Notes: generated from the letters alone by a model not told the origin. Counted from the stretch's first letter, positions 21,521-32,492 are shown. The stretch: DNA of 64,000 bases from Polyangiales bacterium (GCA_964202905.1 CAXNJO010000001.1:800001-864000); one strand, 5' to 3'. Numbers and translations are program-made.

Positions 21521-23938
21521 TCACGGACTCGCTCCCGCCGGCGCGTTCGAGTCGGTGCCGCCGAGCTGCTCCATGAGGAAGGTGCTCGGGTCCGCGACGC
21601 CCGGCGGCTGCGCCGTCCCGGTGGGCTGCGTCCCCTCGAGGAACACCTCCTCGAGCGCGCCAGGCATGCCCTCGTAGGCGAGGAGCCCGCTCACGGGGTC
21701 GATCGTCGCCACCATCACGCCCGATGGCATCGGGAAGTCGACGACGGGGCGACCCCGGAGCGCCGTGCCCGCGAGCTCGATCCACACGGGGAGCGCCGCC
21801 TTCGCGCCGCTCTCGCGCCGCCCGAGCGGGCGCCGGTCGTCGTAGCCGATCCACACCCCCGCCACGAGCTCCGGCGTGTAGCCCACGAACCACGCGTCGC
21901 GCGCGTCGTTGCTCGTGCCCGTCTTGCCCGCGATGGGGCGCGCGAGGCGCTTCGCGGCGGTCGCGGTGCCGGACTGCACCACGCTCGTCAGCATGCTCGT
22001 CAGCACGTAGGCCTCCGCGGGCGTCATCACCTCGCGTGGCGGCGGCAGCGCGGGCAGCGGCACGTCGCGGCCGTCGGGGCCCACGATCCGCCGCAAAAAA
22101 CGGGGTGCGGCCCAGGTCCCGCCCGCCGCGAACGTCGCGTACGCGTTGACGAGCTCGACGGGGCGCACCTCGCTCGCCCCGAGCGCGAGCGCGAGCGTCG
22201 GGACGAGCGGCGTCGAGAGGCCGAGCTGCTGCGCGAAGCCGACGGCCTCGACCGGCGTGACCTCCTGCATAACGTGCACGGCCACGAGGTTGATCGACTG
22301 CGCGACCGCCTCGCGCACGCGCACGGCGCCCTGATAGCGCCACGTCTCGTAGTTCTGCGGGCGCCACTGGTCGAAGACCTCGGGGGCGTCGAGCACGATC
22401 GACGCGGGCGTGATGCGGCGCGTGCGCAGCGCGAGCCCGTAGACGATCGGTTTGAAGGTCGAGCCCGGCTGCCGCACCGCCTGCGTCGCGCGGTTGAAGC
22501 CCGCGCCCGACGACTCGTAGCCGCCGACGACCGCGAGCACGTCGCGCGTGCGCGGGTCGATCACGACGACGGCGCCCTCCGGCCCCGGCTCGATGCGCGC
22601 CTCGGCCGCTGCGTCGGGCACGTCCGCGTCGGGGAGGCGCTGCACCGAGACGCGCACCCGCGCGCCGCGCCGTGCGAAGCGGCTCGCCGGCAGTGACTCC
22701 GGGTTGAAGCGCCGCGCGGCGTCGACGTCCACGAGCGCGCGGTACCCGCCGACGTCGAGCGCGATCGTGCCCGCCGCGTCGTCCGCGCCCGTCACGACGG
22801 CGTCGTACGTGTGTCCCGTCTGCAGGCGCGCGAGGCGCGGCGGCGGGCGCGGGGCGTTGCGGCGCGGCGGCGGCTCGTACGGCGCGCGGAGCGCGTGCCG
22901 CTGATCGAACTGCGCGAGCTGTGCGCGCAGCGCGGCGCGGGCCGCGCGCTGCGTCCCGAGATCGAGCGTCGTGTGGATCGTGTAGCCGCCCGCGTCGGCC
23001 GCCGCGTCGCCCACCAGCGCGCGCAGCTCCTTGCGCGCGAGCTGCACGATCTCCGGAGCGCGCTCGCCGTCGTCGCGCAGGGTCGCGAGGCGCGGCGCGG
23101 TGTCGCGCGCGGCGCGGATCGCCTCGAGGCTCAGGTCGGGCCAGTACTCGGCGCGCTTCTGCTCGAGTTGATCGAGCACGAAGCGCTGCCGCCGCCGCGC
23201 GGCCTCCGGGTGCGTGCGCGGCGAGAGGCGCGCGGGCTGCTGCGGCACGCCCGCGATGAGCGTCGCCTCCGCGAGGTCGAGGTCGCCGACGTCCTTGCCG
23301 AAGTAGAAGCGCGCGGCCTCCTGCACGCCGTAGCGCCCGTGCCCGTAGTTGATCGTGTTGAGGTAGAGCCCGAGGATCTCGTCCTTCGTGAACTCCTGCT
23401 CGAGGCGCCGCGCGAGGATCAGCTCCTTGATCTTGCGGGGCAGGCTGCGCTCGGGGCTGAGCAGCAGGTTCTTCACGATCTGCTGCGTGATCGTGCTCGT
23501 GCCCTGCACGCGCCGCCCGCTCAGCAGATGCCGCCCGAGCGCGCGCACGATGCCCGGATAGTCGAGCCCCTCGTGCCGGTAGAAGTCGGCGTCCTCGGCC
23601 GCGAGCACCGCGAGCACGAGCACGCGCGGGACCTGCCCGATCGGCACCACGGTGCGCCGCTCCGTGAAGAGCTCGTCGATGAGCGCGCCGTTCCGATCGA
23701 GCACGCGCGTCACCTGCGCGGGGCGGTAGCTCCGCAGCGCCGCGACCGAGGGCAGATCGCGCCCGTAGTACGTGAAGACGGCCGCGAGCGCGCCGACCGC
23801 GAACAACCCGCCGAGCAGCGTCAGCCACGCGAGGCGCCGCAGCCAGCGCCAGACGAACGACTCGCGCGGCCGCGGCGGCCGCATCACCGCGAGGGGCCTG
23901 CGCCCCGCGCCACCGGGATCGCGTCTCTCGTCTGCCAT
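21521..23938 (-). CDS. mrcA: Class A penicillin-binding protein 1A (transglycosylase-transpeptidase)
   Basis: EDADFYRH, GTSTITQQ, RKIKE, YLN..YG; transpeptidase motifs STFK, SIN, KTGT. Confidence 0.93.
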   Translation of the reverse strand: MADERRDPGGAGRRPLAVMRPPRPRESFVWRWLRRLAWLTLLGGLFAVGALAAVFTYYGRDLPSVAALRSYRPAQVTRVLDRNGALIDELFTERRTVVPIGQVPRVLVLAVLAAEDADFYRHEGLDYPGIVRALGRHLLSGRRVQGTSTITQQIVKNLLLSPERSLPRKIKELILARRLEQEFTKDEILGLYLNTINYGHGRYGVQEAARFYFGKDVGDLDLAEATLIAGVPQQPARLSPRTHPEAARRRQRFVLDQLEQKRAEYWPDLSLEAIRAARDTAPRLATLRDDGERAPEIVQLARKELRALVGDAAADAGGYTIHTTLDLGTQRAARAALRAQLAQFDQRHALRAPYEPPPRRNAPRPPPRLARLQTGHTYDAVVTGADDAAGTIALDVGGYRALVDVDAARRFNPESLPASRFARRGARVRVSVQRLPDADVPDAAAEARIEPGPEGAVVVIDPRTRDVLAVVGGYESSGAGFNRATQAVRQPGSTFKPIVYGLALRTRRITPASIVLDAPEVFDQWRPQNYETWRYQGAVRVREAVAQSINLVAVHVMQEVTPVEAVGFAQQLGLSTPLVPTLALALGASEVRPVELVNAYATFAAGGTWAAPRFLRRIVGPDGRDVPLPALPPPREVMTPAEAYVLTSMLTSVVQSGTATAAKRLARPIAGKTGTSNDARDAWFVGYTPELVAGVWIGYDDRRPLGRRESGAKAALPVWIELAGTALRGRPVVDFPMPSGVMVATIDPVSGLLAYEGMPGALEEVFLEGTQPTGTAQPPGVADPSTFLMEQLGGTDSNAPAGASP

Positions 23939-24004
23939 CCGTGTCTCTCGCGCGTCCGGGGCCGCATCTTGGCCGCGCGGGAAACAAAGTACAAACGCGC
24001 GCCG

Positions 24005-25459
24005 TCAGCCGAGCAGCGCCTCGAGCGGCCCCGCGACGAGCCGTGAACGCGGGTCGCCGAAGTCGTCGAGCGGCTCGCCCGCGAGCGTGCCGAGCGTGTT
24101 CCAGAGGTTCGAGACCTGTCGCCGCTCGGCGCTCTCGCTCGTCCACTCGGGGTAGATCAGCGTGCGGCCGCCGGTGCGCAGGCCGAGCGACTCGCCGCCG
24201 AGGAGCAGCACGGGCTGATCGTCCGAGCGCGCGTGATGACCGACGCCGTTGTCCGTCGTGTAGACGATCACGGTGCGGTCGAGCATCGAGCCCTCGCCGT
24301 CGAGCTCTGGCGTATCGCGCAGCTCGCGGGCGAGCGCGAGGACGGCGTCGACCTCCGCGCGCCACACCAGCCGCAGCTCGGCGCGGATGTCGGCGGCCGC
24401 GGCGTCGCCGTATTGATGGCAGAGCGCGTGCCGCTCGCCCGCGGTGCGCGGCCCGAGGCCATAGCGGAACGCGTGGAAGCCACCGCCCGTGCCCATGCCG
24501 ACGACGGCCACGTTCGTGAGGCCCGTGCGCAGCGCGGCGCTGACGGTCGCGAGCTGCGCGCGCATCGCGTCGAGCGGCGCGAGCTCGTTGCCCGGGCGCG
24601 GCGGCAGCGACGTCTCGCCGCTCGCCATGATCACCTCGCGGAAGCGCGACTGGTTGCCGAGGAGCTGCTCGAGCGACTGCGCATAATCGGCGGCCTGCGC
24701 GCGGGCGCGACCGGGTGGCGCCTCGTCGCGCGCGCGCGTCGCGTCGGCGTAGGCGAACTCGAGCAGGCGCGTACGACGGTCGAGCTGCGCGGTGTCGGAC
24801 GTCGCGAGCGGCCCGACGTACGCATCCCAGGCGGCGGTGTGCGAGAGCATGAGCGGCAGCGCGCGCCCCGCGCCCGAGGCGCACGTCTCGAACGACACCG
24901 CCGACGGGAACGACGACACGCCGACGCGCACCGCGGGCACCGGCGTGCGCCGCGCCCCGACCCCGCGCACGCAGTCGAGGTTCGCGAGGAAGTCGTCGAT
25001 CGTCACGCCGCCCGGGTCATTGCGCACCGTGCGCGTCGACGAGAGCACGCCGTGGTACGACGAGTGCCCGCCCGTGATGCCGAGCTCCGAGAGCCCCATC
25101 ACCACGGCCGCGCGCGACGCGAGGTCACCGAGCCCGGCGAGCGCGGGCGCCGTCGCGAGATCGCCCTCGATCGTCGCGAGCGTGCGGTGCGCCGCGCCGT
25201 AGCCGCGCACCGCGCCGTAGCCCTCGCCCCACCAGAGGTCGTCGCGCACGGCCTCGCCGCGGCTCGTCGCGATCCACGCCTTCGTCTCGCTCGACATCAG
25301 CGTCGCGGCGTCCATGCCGTTGCCCGAGAGGAAGAACACGAAGCGCGTCGGGCGCCCACCCGCCGCGCGCGCGGGCCTCCCGCGGCCGAGCGCGAGCGCC
25401 GCGACCGCCGCGCCTGCGCCCGCGAGAAATCCCCGTCGTCCGAGCCGCGGCGTCGTCAT
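24005..25459 (-). CDS. DUF1552-family Tat-exported protein
   Basis: Tat signal RRGFL, RFVFF..NG, TID..LA, HALCH, EGSMLDRT, NLWNTL; overlaps the stop of the upstream DUF1588-type gene. Confidence 0.8.
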   Translation of the reverse strand: MTTPRLGRRGFLAGAGAAVAALALGRGRPARAAGGRPTRFVFFLSGNGMDAATLMSSETKAWIATSRGEAVRDDLWWGEGYGAVRGYGAAHRTLATIEGDLATAPALAGLGDLASRAAVVMGLSELGITGGHSSYHGVLSSTRTVRNDPGGVTIDDFLANLDCVRGVGARRTPVPAVRVGVSSFPSAVSFETCASGAGRALPLMLSHTAAWDAYVGPLATSDTAQLDRRTRLLEFAYADATRARDEAPPGRARAQAADYAQSLEQLLGNQSRFREVIMASGETSLPPRPGNELAPLDAMRAQLATVSAALRTGLTNVAVVGMGTGGGFHAFRYGLGPRTAGERHALCHQYGDAAAADIRAELRLVWRAEVDAVLALARELRDTPELDGEGSMLDRTVIVYTTDNGVGHHARSDDQPVLLLGGESLGLRTGGRTLIYPEWTSESAERRQVSNLWNTLGTLAGEPLDDFGDPRSRLVAGPLEALLG

Positions 25460-28087
25460 GGGCCCACCTCCGTCGTGTCCGCGCGGTGCAGGAAGGTGTG
25501 GCTCCCGTAGAGCGCCGCGAGCGCGTTCATCAGCGAGCCGCCCTCGAACGCGGCCTCCATCTCGTGCAGCGTGCACGCGTCCGCGGGCGTCTCGTAGCGC
25601 CCCATGAAGTAGCGGAACACGTGCCGCAGAAAGCATCGCCGCGCGTGCGGATCGCCCGCGAGCTCGCGCGTGAGCGTGAGCGCGTCGTCGATCTCGACCA
25701 CGTCGTCGCGGCCCGGCCAGTCCTCGATCGTCGACGAGCCATCGGGCGCGCCGCCGTGATCGGTGACGCGGCGGAAGCCCGCGTGGTTGAAGATCTCGAA
25801 GGGCAGCCCGAGCGTGTTCATGCGCCCGTGGCATGCACCGTTCGCGCAGCGCACGTCGCCGCCGTCGGGGCCCATCGCCTCGGCGATCCGCGCGCGCGCC
25901 GTCGTCTCCGGCGAGGGCCGCAGCGACGCGTCGAGCTCGACGAGCTCGAGCCCCGCGACCGACTCGCAGAAGAGGTGCTCGCGGATCCACTTGCCGCGGA
26001 GCACGAGGCTCGCGTCGTTCTCGGCGTTGCCGCCATGCGCCGCCAGCCACGTCGGGTGCGTGAGCACGCCCGAGCGCTCGCCCGCGGCGAACTCGACCCA
26101 GCGTGCCGCGTGCGCCGGGTCGGTGAGCAGCAGATCGAAGATGGGCTGGGCGTTCTCGACCGAACTTGCGGGATATCGACTGCCATCTTCCACGATGGGC
26201 ACGCCCACGTCGTACATGCGCGAAGCGTGGAACCACTCGATCGGCGGATACGTCGCCGAGCACACGCCCACCGGCCGCCCGTCCGCGCCGAACGAGACCG
26301 TCAGGCACTTCTCGTCGCGGCCCTCGCAGCACTCGCGCTCGGTGCACGTGTATGGGTCGCACGCCGTCCCGGTGAGCGGGCGAGCCAGCCCGTAGGGCAC
26401 CGCGGGCACGCGGTACGTGCGCCCGAGCAGCAGCGCGCGGAGCACGTCCTGCCCGCCCGTCTCGGCCTCGACGACCATGCGCGCGATCGTGTCGTCGAGC
26501 TGCTCGACCATCCCCGGCTCCTCGACCGTCCCGCCGACGATGAGCCCATAGCCCGCGCTCACGAGCGCGTCGTGCCCGAGCGCATCCGCGCGCAGATCCC
26601 AGCGGCTCGTCTCGCCCGCCTCGTCCTTGGCGACCGCCGCGACGCTGCCGTAGTCGAAGTACTCGCGGAAGAAGCCCGCGATGCGTGGCGCGAGCCAGTA
26701 TTCGCCGCGGCGAGACGCGCGCGGATCGGGCGGATAGCGCCCGTAGTCGCGTTGCAGATTCGGCGCGGTACGTCGCGTCGAGCGTCGAGCGCCCGCCCGC
26801 GAAGCCGCTCGCGATCGCGAAGAACGAGGCGACGAACCCGCGCACGCCCGCGTCGGTGTCGAGCGTGCCCGCGCGCTGCGCCTCGCGGAACGCCGGGACC
26901 CAGGCGAGATCGGGGCGCGGATGACGGTGCGGCGGCGCGACGCCCGTCGGCAGATACGTCGTGAGCGCGCCCGCGAGCGCGACGGCGAGCTCGTCCGTGG
27001 TGAGCCTCCCCGTGGCGTCGCCCGCCTCCGCGCGGTGCAGCGCGCCGAAGAGCATGAACGACGCGTCGAAGACCTCGTCGAGCGCGCGCTGCCGCCGTGC
27101 GCCGAGCGTCGGCACGTCGAGCTCCGCCGTCGCGTTGCCCGACTCCGTGCGCAGCCGCGCGCGGGCCGCCTCGAGGTCCGTGCGCGAGGCCTCGAGCACC
27201 TCGTCGAGAAAATCGCGCAGCAGCGCGCGCTCCGCCGGCGAGGGCGCGCTGGCGTGCGTCGCATGCGCGAACGACGCGTCGATGAACGCGTCGCGACAGG
27301 CGTCGTCGGGCTGGTCCGAGGCGCTCCCGAGCCTGCGCATGCACGCGGTGTCGACGCCGAGCGCGCGCAGATCGCGCGCATACCAGGGCTGGTAGGCCCA
27401 GCCCGGCAGCGTGTGCGTCGCCGCGAGCGCGTCGAAGGAGAGCAGCAGCGACGACGCGTCGATCGACTCACCGGAGACGAAGGTCGAGTAGGGCCCCGAC
27501 GTCACGCCGAAGGGATTGGCGACGAGCGACGGCTCGGTGAGCACGCCGCCGAGCGCATGCACCCACTCCGCGTTGCCCACGCGCCGCACGCGCGGCGGAC
27601 CGGGCGGCGCCTCCGAGGGCAGCGCGCACGTGAAGAGCGCGTCCTGATCGCGCGTGTTCGGCGCGGGTGTGGGCCGCGGGGGCGGCGTCACGCACCCCGT
27701 CGGCGCGCCGGCCTCCACCCACGCGCGCACGAGCGCGACCTCGGCCGCGGGGTTCGCCGCGCGGGTCGGCGGCATGATGTCGGCCGGATCCGCTGGGTCC
27801 ATGCGCTCGAGCACGAGGGGGAACCGCTCCGACCGCACGAGCTCCGGCAGATCCGCCGCCGCGAAGCTCGGCCACCGCGGGCCGACCGGCAGATGACACC
27901 CCGACTGCGCGCAGGTCGCCTCCAGATACGTCCCCGCCTCGCGTTCGAGCGCCATCGCCTCGGCGTCGCAGACGTCGGGCGGCGGGGCCGGCGGCGGCGG
28001 CGGCGCAGGGTCCGTCGACCCACACGCCGCGAGCAGCAGCGCATGCGTGATCGCGAGCAGAGACGCCCGAAGCCGACTGCGGATCAT
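25456..28087 (-). CDS. DUF1588/DUF1585-type lipoprotein with cytochrome c-like domains (frameshift near 26765)
   Basis: Lipobox LLAAC, CAQSGCH..MPP..WV; C-terminal RSGVLTHP, RGKWIREHLFC, CANGACH, LGLPFE, RCF..FRYFMGR. Confidence 0.78.
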
Positions 28088-28237
28088 CCACCGACGGTAC
28101 GCCGCGCGAGGGGCGGGAATCGAGAGGGAAATAAGGACTCCGATCGAAGGGGAGGACCGACGACACGGCTCGCACCACTCGGCCGCATCCCCACGCAACC
28201 CATCAACCTCCTTGTTACGTCCCGCCCAATCCCTCTC

Positions 28238-28951
28238 TCACCCACCCCGCGCCCGCCTGCGCAGATGTTCGCGCACGATCTCTTCGGCGTGGTCGATCGA
28301 CTGCAACAGGAAGCGCGCGCGCAGCGCGTCGCGGTCGGCGTCGTCGAGGTCGCCGGGGGCGTCGGCGAGCGCGCTGCTCAGCGTGATGGCGGCGGCGACG
28401 CTCACGTTGAGCGACTCGACGAAGCCGCGCATCGGGATGCGGTAGCTGCCGTCGGCGCGGGCGCGCATCGCGGGGCTCACGCCGGCGTGCTCGTTGCCGA
28501 AGACCACCGCGACGCGGCCCGCGGCGGCGAGATCGCGCGGCTCGTGCGTGCCGTCCATCGCGGCGACGAGCACGCGGTAGCCGCGGGCGTGCAGCGCGTC
28601 GACGCAGTCTTCCGTGCGCGCGTGACGCACGAGATCGAGCCAGCGCTCGCTGCCCTTCGCGACGCGCGTCGAGGCGACGAAGCGCTCGACCGACTCGACG
28701 ACGTGCACCTCCTGCGCGCCGAAGGCATCGGCGCTGCGCAGCACGGCCGCGGTGTTGTGCGGATCGCTGAGCCGTTCGAGCACGGGGATCACGCGGCGCG
28801 TGCGGCCGGCGATCACCGCTTCGATGCGCGCCTTGCGCTCGTCCGTCGCGAGCGGCGCGAGCGCCTCGATCACGTCGTCGGCTGGGGCGGGCAGCGGCGG
28901 GCGCGCGGCGTGCGGCGCGAGGGGGGCGACCTCGGGGTGTTCTCGGCGCAT
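28238..28951 (-). CDS. trmH: SpoU/TrmH-family RNA 2'-O-methyltransferase
   Basis: DPHNTAAVLRSADAFG, FGNEHAG, IPMRGFVESLNVSVAA. Confidence 0.88.
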   Translation of the reverse strand: MRREHPEVAPLAPHAARPPLPAPADDVIEALAPLATDERKARIEAVIAGRTRRVIPVLERLSDPHNTAAVLRSADAFGAQEVHVVESVERFVASTRVAKGSERWLDLVRHARTEDCVDALHARGYRVLVAAMDGTHEPRDLAAAGRVAVVFGNEHAGVSPAMRARADGSYRIPMRGFVESLNVSVAAAITLSSALADAPGDLDDADRDALRARFLLQSIDHAEEIVREHLRRRARGG

Positions 28952-29038
28952 CGGCGCGCAGTCTGACGACGCGCGGCGCGGGCGTCCATCGTGTCTCGCG
29001 CTCGCGTTCGACCCGCGATTCGTGGCACCGTGCGCGGG

Positions 29039-30424
29039 ATGCGACGCGGCCGTGCAGCGCGTGGGCGGAGTGGATCGCGGCGTTCGCTCGTGCGCGCCAT
29101 GTTCGGCATCACGGGGCTCGCGCTTTCGCTGATCGGCGTCGGCCTCCTCCACGCACCGCAGGCGCGCGCGCAGACGATCTCCTCGCGCGCGTGGTCGACG
29201 CTCGAGCCGGGCGTGCGGCTGCTGACGGGGCGCACCACGGGCCCGACGACGCGCTTCTGGGCGCTCGAGATCGACCTCTGCGCCTCGCACGTGCACATGG
29301 CCGCGAGCGGGGTCGCGAGCAGCCGGCAGACGGCGTCCGCGTGGGGCGGGCGCGCGGGCGTCACCGCCGCGGTGAACGGCGACTTCTTCCGCACCGACAC
29401 GAGCACGCCCGTCACCTACGGGCAGTCGGTCGGCGCGGGGCGAGTGTGGCCCACGGCGCAGTCGGGCGAGGGCAGCGCCTACACGGGCGATTGGTACCAC
29501 CGGCGTTACGGTTGGATCGCCTTCGGCCCGGACTGGGTCGAGTTCAACCACACCGAGGCCGTGCGGCGCGCGGGCGGCACGACGCAGGGCTTTCTCCCCG
29601 GGCGCGCGACGACGGGCGAGGTGCCCGCGGGCACGGTCGCGCTCGTGAGCGGCTTCCCCGAGCTCGTCACCGAGGGGCGCGTCGTCACGTGCTCGAGCCC
29701 CACGGCGACCTCGTGTTTCACGGATCGCAGCGACATGCGCGCCCGGAATCCGCGCTCTGCGATGGGCCTCAGCGAGGATCGCCGCACCGCGTGGCTCGTC
29801 GTGGTCGATGGGCGCTCGTCGGTGTCGGCCGGGATGTACGGCACCGAGCTCGCGAACCTCATGGGCGCGCTCGGTGCGTGGCAGGCCTTCAACCTCGATG
29901 GCGGCGGCTCGTCGCAGCTCTGGGTCGATGGGCGCGGCACCGTGAACGCGCCCTCGGACGGCTCACCCCGCCCCGTCGCGAACCTCTGGGGCGTCTACGC
30001 GGGCACGGCGAGCGGCCGACCCGCGACGCCGGGGAGCTGCGTGCCGCCCGACGCGGGGATGCCCGACGCAGGCGCCAGCGACGCCGGGATGGGCGACGCA
30101 GGGGCCTCGTCCGACGCAGGCATCATGGAAGATGGGGATGTCGTCGGGGACGCAGCAGCCCCGCCCGATGCGGGTGCCGTGGCGGACGCTGCCATCGCAG
30201 AAGATGGTTCGACGTCGCGCGACGCGGGCGATCCCCTGGGCCCTGAGGCAGGGCCGTCGCGCCCCGTCGCGCACGGCACCATCGGCGAGTGCGCGTGCCG
30301 AGTCGGGGTGGGCTTCGGCCCGTCGGCGGGCGCGTCGGGGCCGCTGCGCGGGGCGCTCGGGGCGCTGCTGTTCGGCGCGGTCTTCGCGCGGCGTCGGCGC
30401 GGGCGCGGCTCCGCGTCAGCGTGA
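29039..30424 (+). CDS. Phosphodiester glycosidase (NAGPA/DUF2233) family surface protein with MYXO-CTERM-like anchor
   Basis: AAVNGDFF, NPRSAMG, VVVDGR, NLDGGGS, DAG-repeat linker, CACRV..LLFGAVFARRRR. Confidence 0.85.
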   Translation: MRRGRAARGRSGSRRSLVRAMFGITGLALSLIGVGLLHAPQARAQTISSRAWSTLEPGVRLLTGRTTGPTTRFWALEIDLCASHVHMAASGVASSRQTASAWGGRAGVTAAVNGDFFRTDTSTPVTYGQSVGAGRVWPTAQSGEGSAYTGDWYHRRYGWIAFGPDWVEFNHTEAVRRAGGTTQGFLPGRATTGEVPAGTVALVSGFPELVTEGRVVTCSSPTATSCFTDRSDMRARNPRSAMGLSEDRRTAWLVVVDGRSSVSAGMYGTELANLMGALGAWQAFNLDGGGSSQLWVDGRGTVNAPSDGSPRPVANLWGVYAGTASGRPATPGSCVPPDAGMPDAGASDAGMGDAGASSDAGIMEDGDVVGDAAAPPDAGAVADAAIAEDGSTSRDAGDPLGPEAGPSRPVAHGTIGECACRVGVGFGPSAGASGPLRGALGALLFGAVFARRRRGRGSASA

Positions 30425-30922
30425 GGCGTCGGGCGCGCCCGCGTCGGAAACGCCTGGATTCTCGGGCGATGGCGGCGGTGCGTCGAGCGGCGGCAACGCC
30501 GCGACCCACTGCGCGATGCAGCGCTGCTGCGCGGGGGTGAGCGGGTTCGCGGGGGGCATCGGCTCGCCGCACGGGCCCTGCGCGGCGACGACCTTGAGCA
30601 CGAGCAGGCTCGTCTCCGGGTAGGCGGGCGTGAGCAGCGGGCGGTCTCCGCAGGCCTCGTGCACCGACATCGCGCCGACGAGCCGCTCGGTGATCCCCGG
30701 GCTCGCGAGGTCGAGGCCGGCCTCGGGGTCGTCGCCGCCGTGGCAGTCCGAGACGCCGCACGCGGGGCGCAGCACCTGCAAACGCACATCCTCTTCGGTC
30801 AGACACGGACGCGTCGGATCCGGCACGAAGGTCGGTGTTTCCGGCACGTCCGCACAACCCACCATCGCCGCGAGTGCCAATCCCACGCTCGCTTTCGCGA
30901 AACCCACGCGCACGCGTGCCAT
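30416..30922 (-). CDS. Lipoprotein with c-type cytochrome-like domain
   Basis: Lipobox MVGC; CGVSDCH, GLDL, S.L..K, MPP, I..WV. Confidence 0.72.
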   Translation of the reverse strand: MARVRVGFAKASVGLALAAMVGCADVPETPTFVPDPTRPCLTEEDVRLQVLRPACGVSDCHGGDDPEAGLDLASPGITERLVGAMSVHEACGDRPLLTPAYPETSLLVLKVVAAQGPCGEPMPPANPLTPAQQRCIAQWVAALPPLDAPPPSPENPGVSDAGAPDASR

Positions 30923-30975
30923 TCCCGCGCTGCGCCGTCGAGACACGAATTGCGGAAAACCGCCGCGCATCGCGC

Positions 30976-32397
30976 TCAGGGCGCCGTGAAGACGCAGCGC
31001 GTGATCGGCTGCACGATGTCGCGCTGCACGTGCAGATAGTAGGCGCGGCCCGACACGAGCGCGGGCGGCGCGCCCGACGCGGGGATGCGCTGCACGGCGT
31101 TCGCGGGGAGCGTGCCGTACGCGGTGCCGCAGGCCATCGGCGCGGCGTCGGGCGCCACGTCGATCGACCACAGCGTGCCCGCGGGCGTGTCCCAGTTGGG
31201 CGGCACGCCTGGCGACTTCGAGCCCTCCTCTAGCACCGCGACGTAGCGCGCGGCGCCGCCCGTCCAGCGCACCGCGCCGTCGGCGTCGACGCCCACGCCC
31301 GCGGCGCACGGCCCGGGGGTGAAGTCGATGAGATCGCGGAAGAACGGCGCGAAAGGCGGCAGCGCGCGCGCCTCGGTGAGCGTGAGCCCGCGCCGCGTGA
31401 ACTCGGCCTCGGCGAAGCGCTGGAGCCGCGCGACGTCGGTGGTCGGCAGGCCCGTGCCCGTGCGGTCGAAGCCGTTGTTCTCGGTGGGCTGCAGGAAGCC
31501 GAAGGCCGTCGAGTCGGTGAAGCCCGCGAGCATCGCGAGGGCCGCGTCGCTCAAGGTATCCGTCCAGAGCGGGCCGGCCTCGGTGTCCCAGATCGCTGCG
31601 CCCGCGGGCGTGTCCGAGGCGGTGTGGCAGCACGCGCACGCGGAGGCCTCGGCCTCTTCCTTGAGCCACGCCACCTCGCCGAGGTACGCGGTGTCCGCGA
31701 GGCGCGGATCCGAGGTCGGCGGCGTCGTGCCCGCAGGGCGCGGGTAATAGGGCCGCTGCGTGAGCACCGTCGCGCAGCTCGCGTAGTCGGCGAAGCGGCG
31801 GCCCGGCTCCGTCGAGCCCGAGATGATCGTCGGCGTGCACACCTGCCCGCTGGGTCCGTTGCCGGCGGGCTCACCCGCGAGCGGATCGCGGCAGTCGGTC
31901 GCGAGCGGCGTGAAGGCGGGGCCCGCCGCGGGATCGACCGCGGTGCAGCCCGACTCGCACACGGGCGCGGGCACGAACGTGCCGCCCGCGAAGGTCTCGC
32001 ACGCCGTCTGCGCGTTGCCGCAGCGGTCGGGCGTGCCCGTGCTCGCCGTCGTGTAGCCGCTCGCCGCGACGTCGCCGACGACGCACACGCCGATCGTGTC
32101 GGGGAGCATGCACGGCGCCCCGAGCGCGAACGTGCCCGCGCGCCCGAGGAAGACGCGCATGCAGTCAGCGGCCGCACGCGCCTCCGTCCAGGTGCCGCGG
32201 TATTCGCGGCAGTCGTCCGACGCGGAGAACGTGTTGCGGTACGCGCAGCTCGCGAGGAAGGGCCCGCTCATCGCGCCGTCCACGTCGGGCGGCCCCGCGT
32301 CGGGCGCCGGCGGGGGCGGGGTCGCGTCGTCGTCGTCGCCGCACGCGGCGAGCAGGGAGAGGGCGGCGAGGAGCAGGGCAGGCGTGGCGCGGATCAT
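30976..32397 (-). CDS. Cys-rich lipoprotein with CACCH motif
   Basis: Lipobox LLAAC, many Cys, ACACCH heme-c-like motif. Confidence 0.7.
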   Translation of the reverse strand: MIRATPALLLAALSLLAACGDDDDATPPPPAPDAGPPDVDGAMSGPFLASCAYRNTFSASDDCREYRGTWTEARAAADCMRVFLGRAGTFALGAPCMLPDTIGVCVVGDVAASGYTTASTGTPDRCGNAQTACETFAGGTFVPAPVCESGCTAVDPAAGPAFTPLATDCRDPLAGEPAGNGPSGQVCTPTIISGSTEPGRRFADYASCATVLTQRPYYPRPAGTTPPTSDPRLADTAYLGEVAWLKEEAEASACACCHTASDTPAGAAIWDTEAGPLWTDTLSDAALAMLAGFTDSTAFGFLQPTENNGFDRTGTGLPTTDVARLQRFAEAEFTRRGLTLTEARALPPFAPFFRDLIDFTPGPCAAGVGVDADGAVRWTGGAARYVAVLEEGSKSPGVPPNWDTPAGTLWSIDVAPDAAPMACGTAYGTLPANAVQRIPASGAPPALVSGRAYYLHVQRDIVQPITRCVFTAP

Positions 32398-32492
32398 GCG
32401 CCGACGGACGTGGGGGCGATTCTGCCGCACGACCAGAGCGCCGCAGCGCGGGGCGCGGTCAGGGCGCGGCGCTCGGCCCCGAACGGCGCCGT

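Noticed and set aside
24005..28198. Apparent 1397-aa single ORF
   Set aside because: Artefact: the frameshift near 26765 joins the N-terminus of the DUF1588-type gene through an out-of-frame stretch to the separate DUF1552 gene, which has its own Tat signal
30040..30240. DAG-type peptide repeats (also near 49480-49600) as a novel repeat element
   Set aside because: Low-complexity linkers typical of myxobacterial surface proteins
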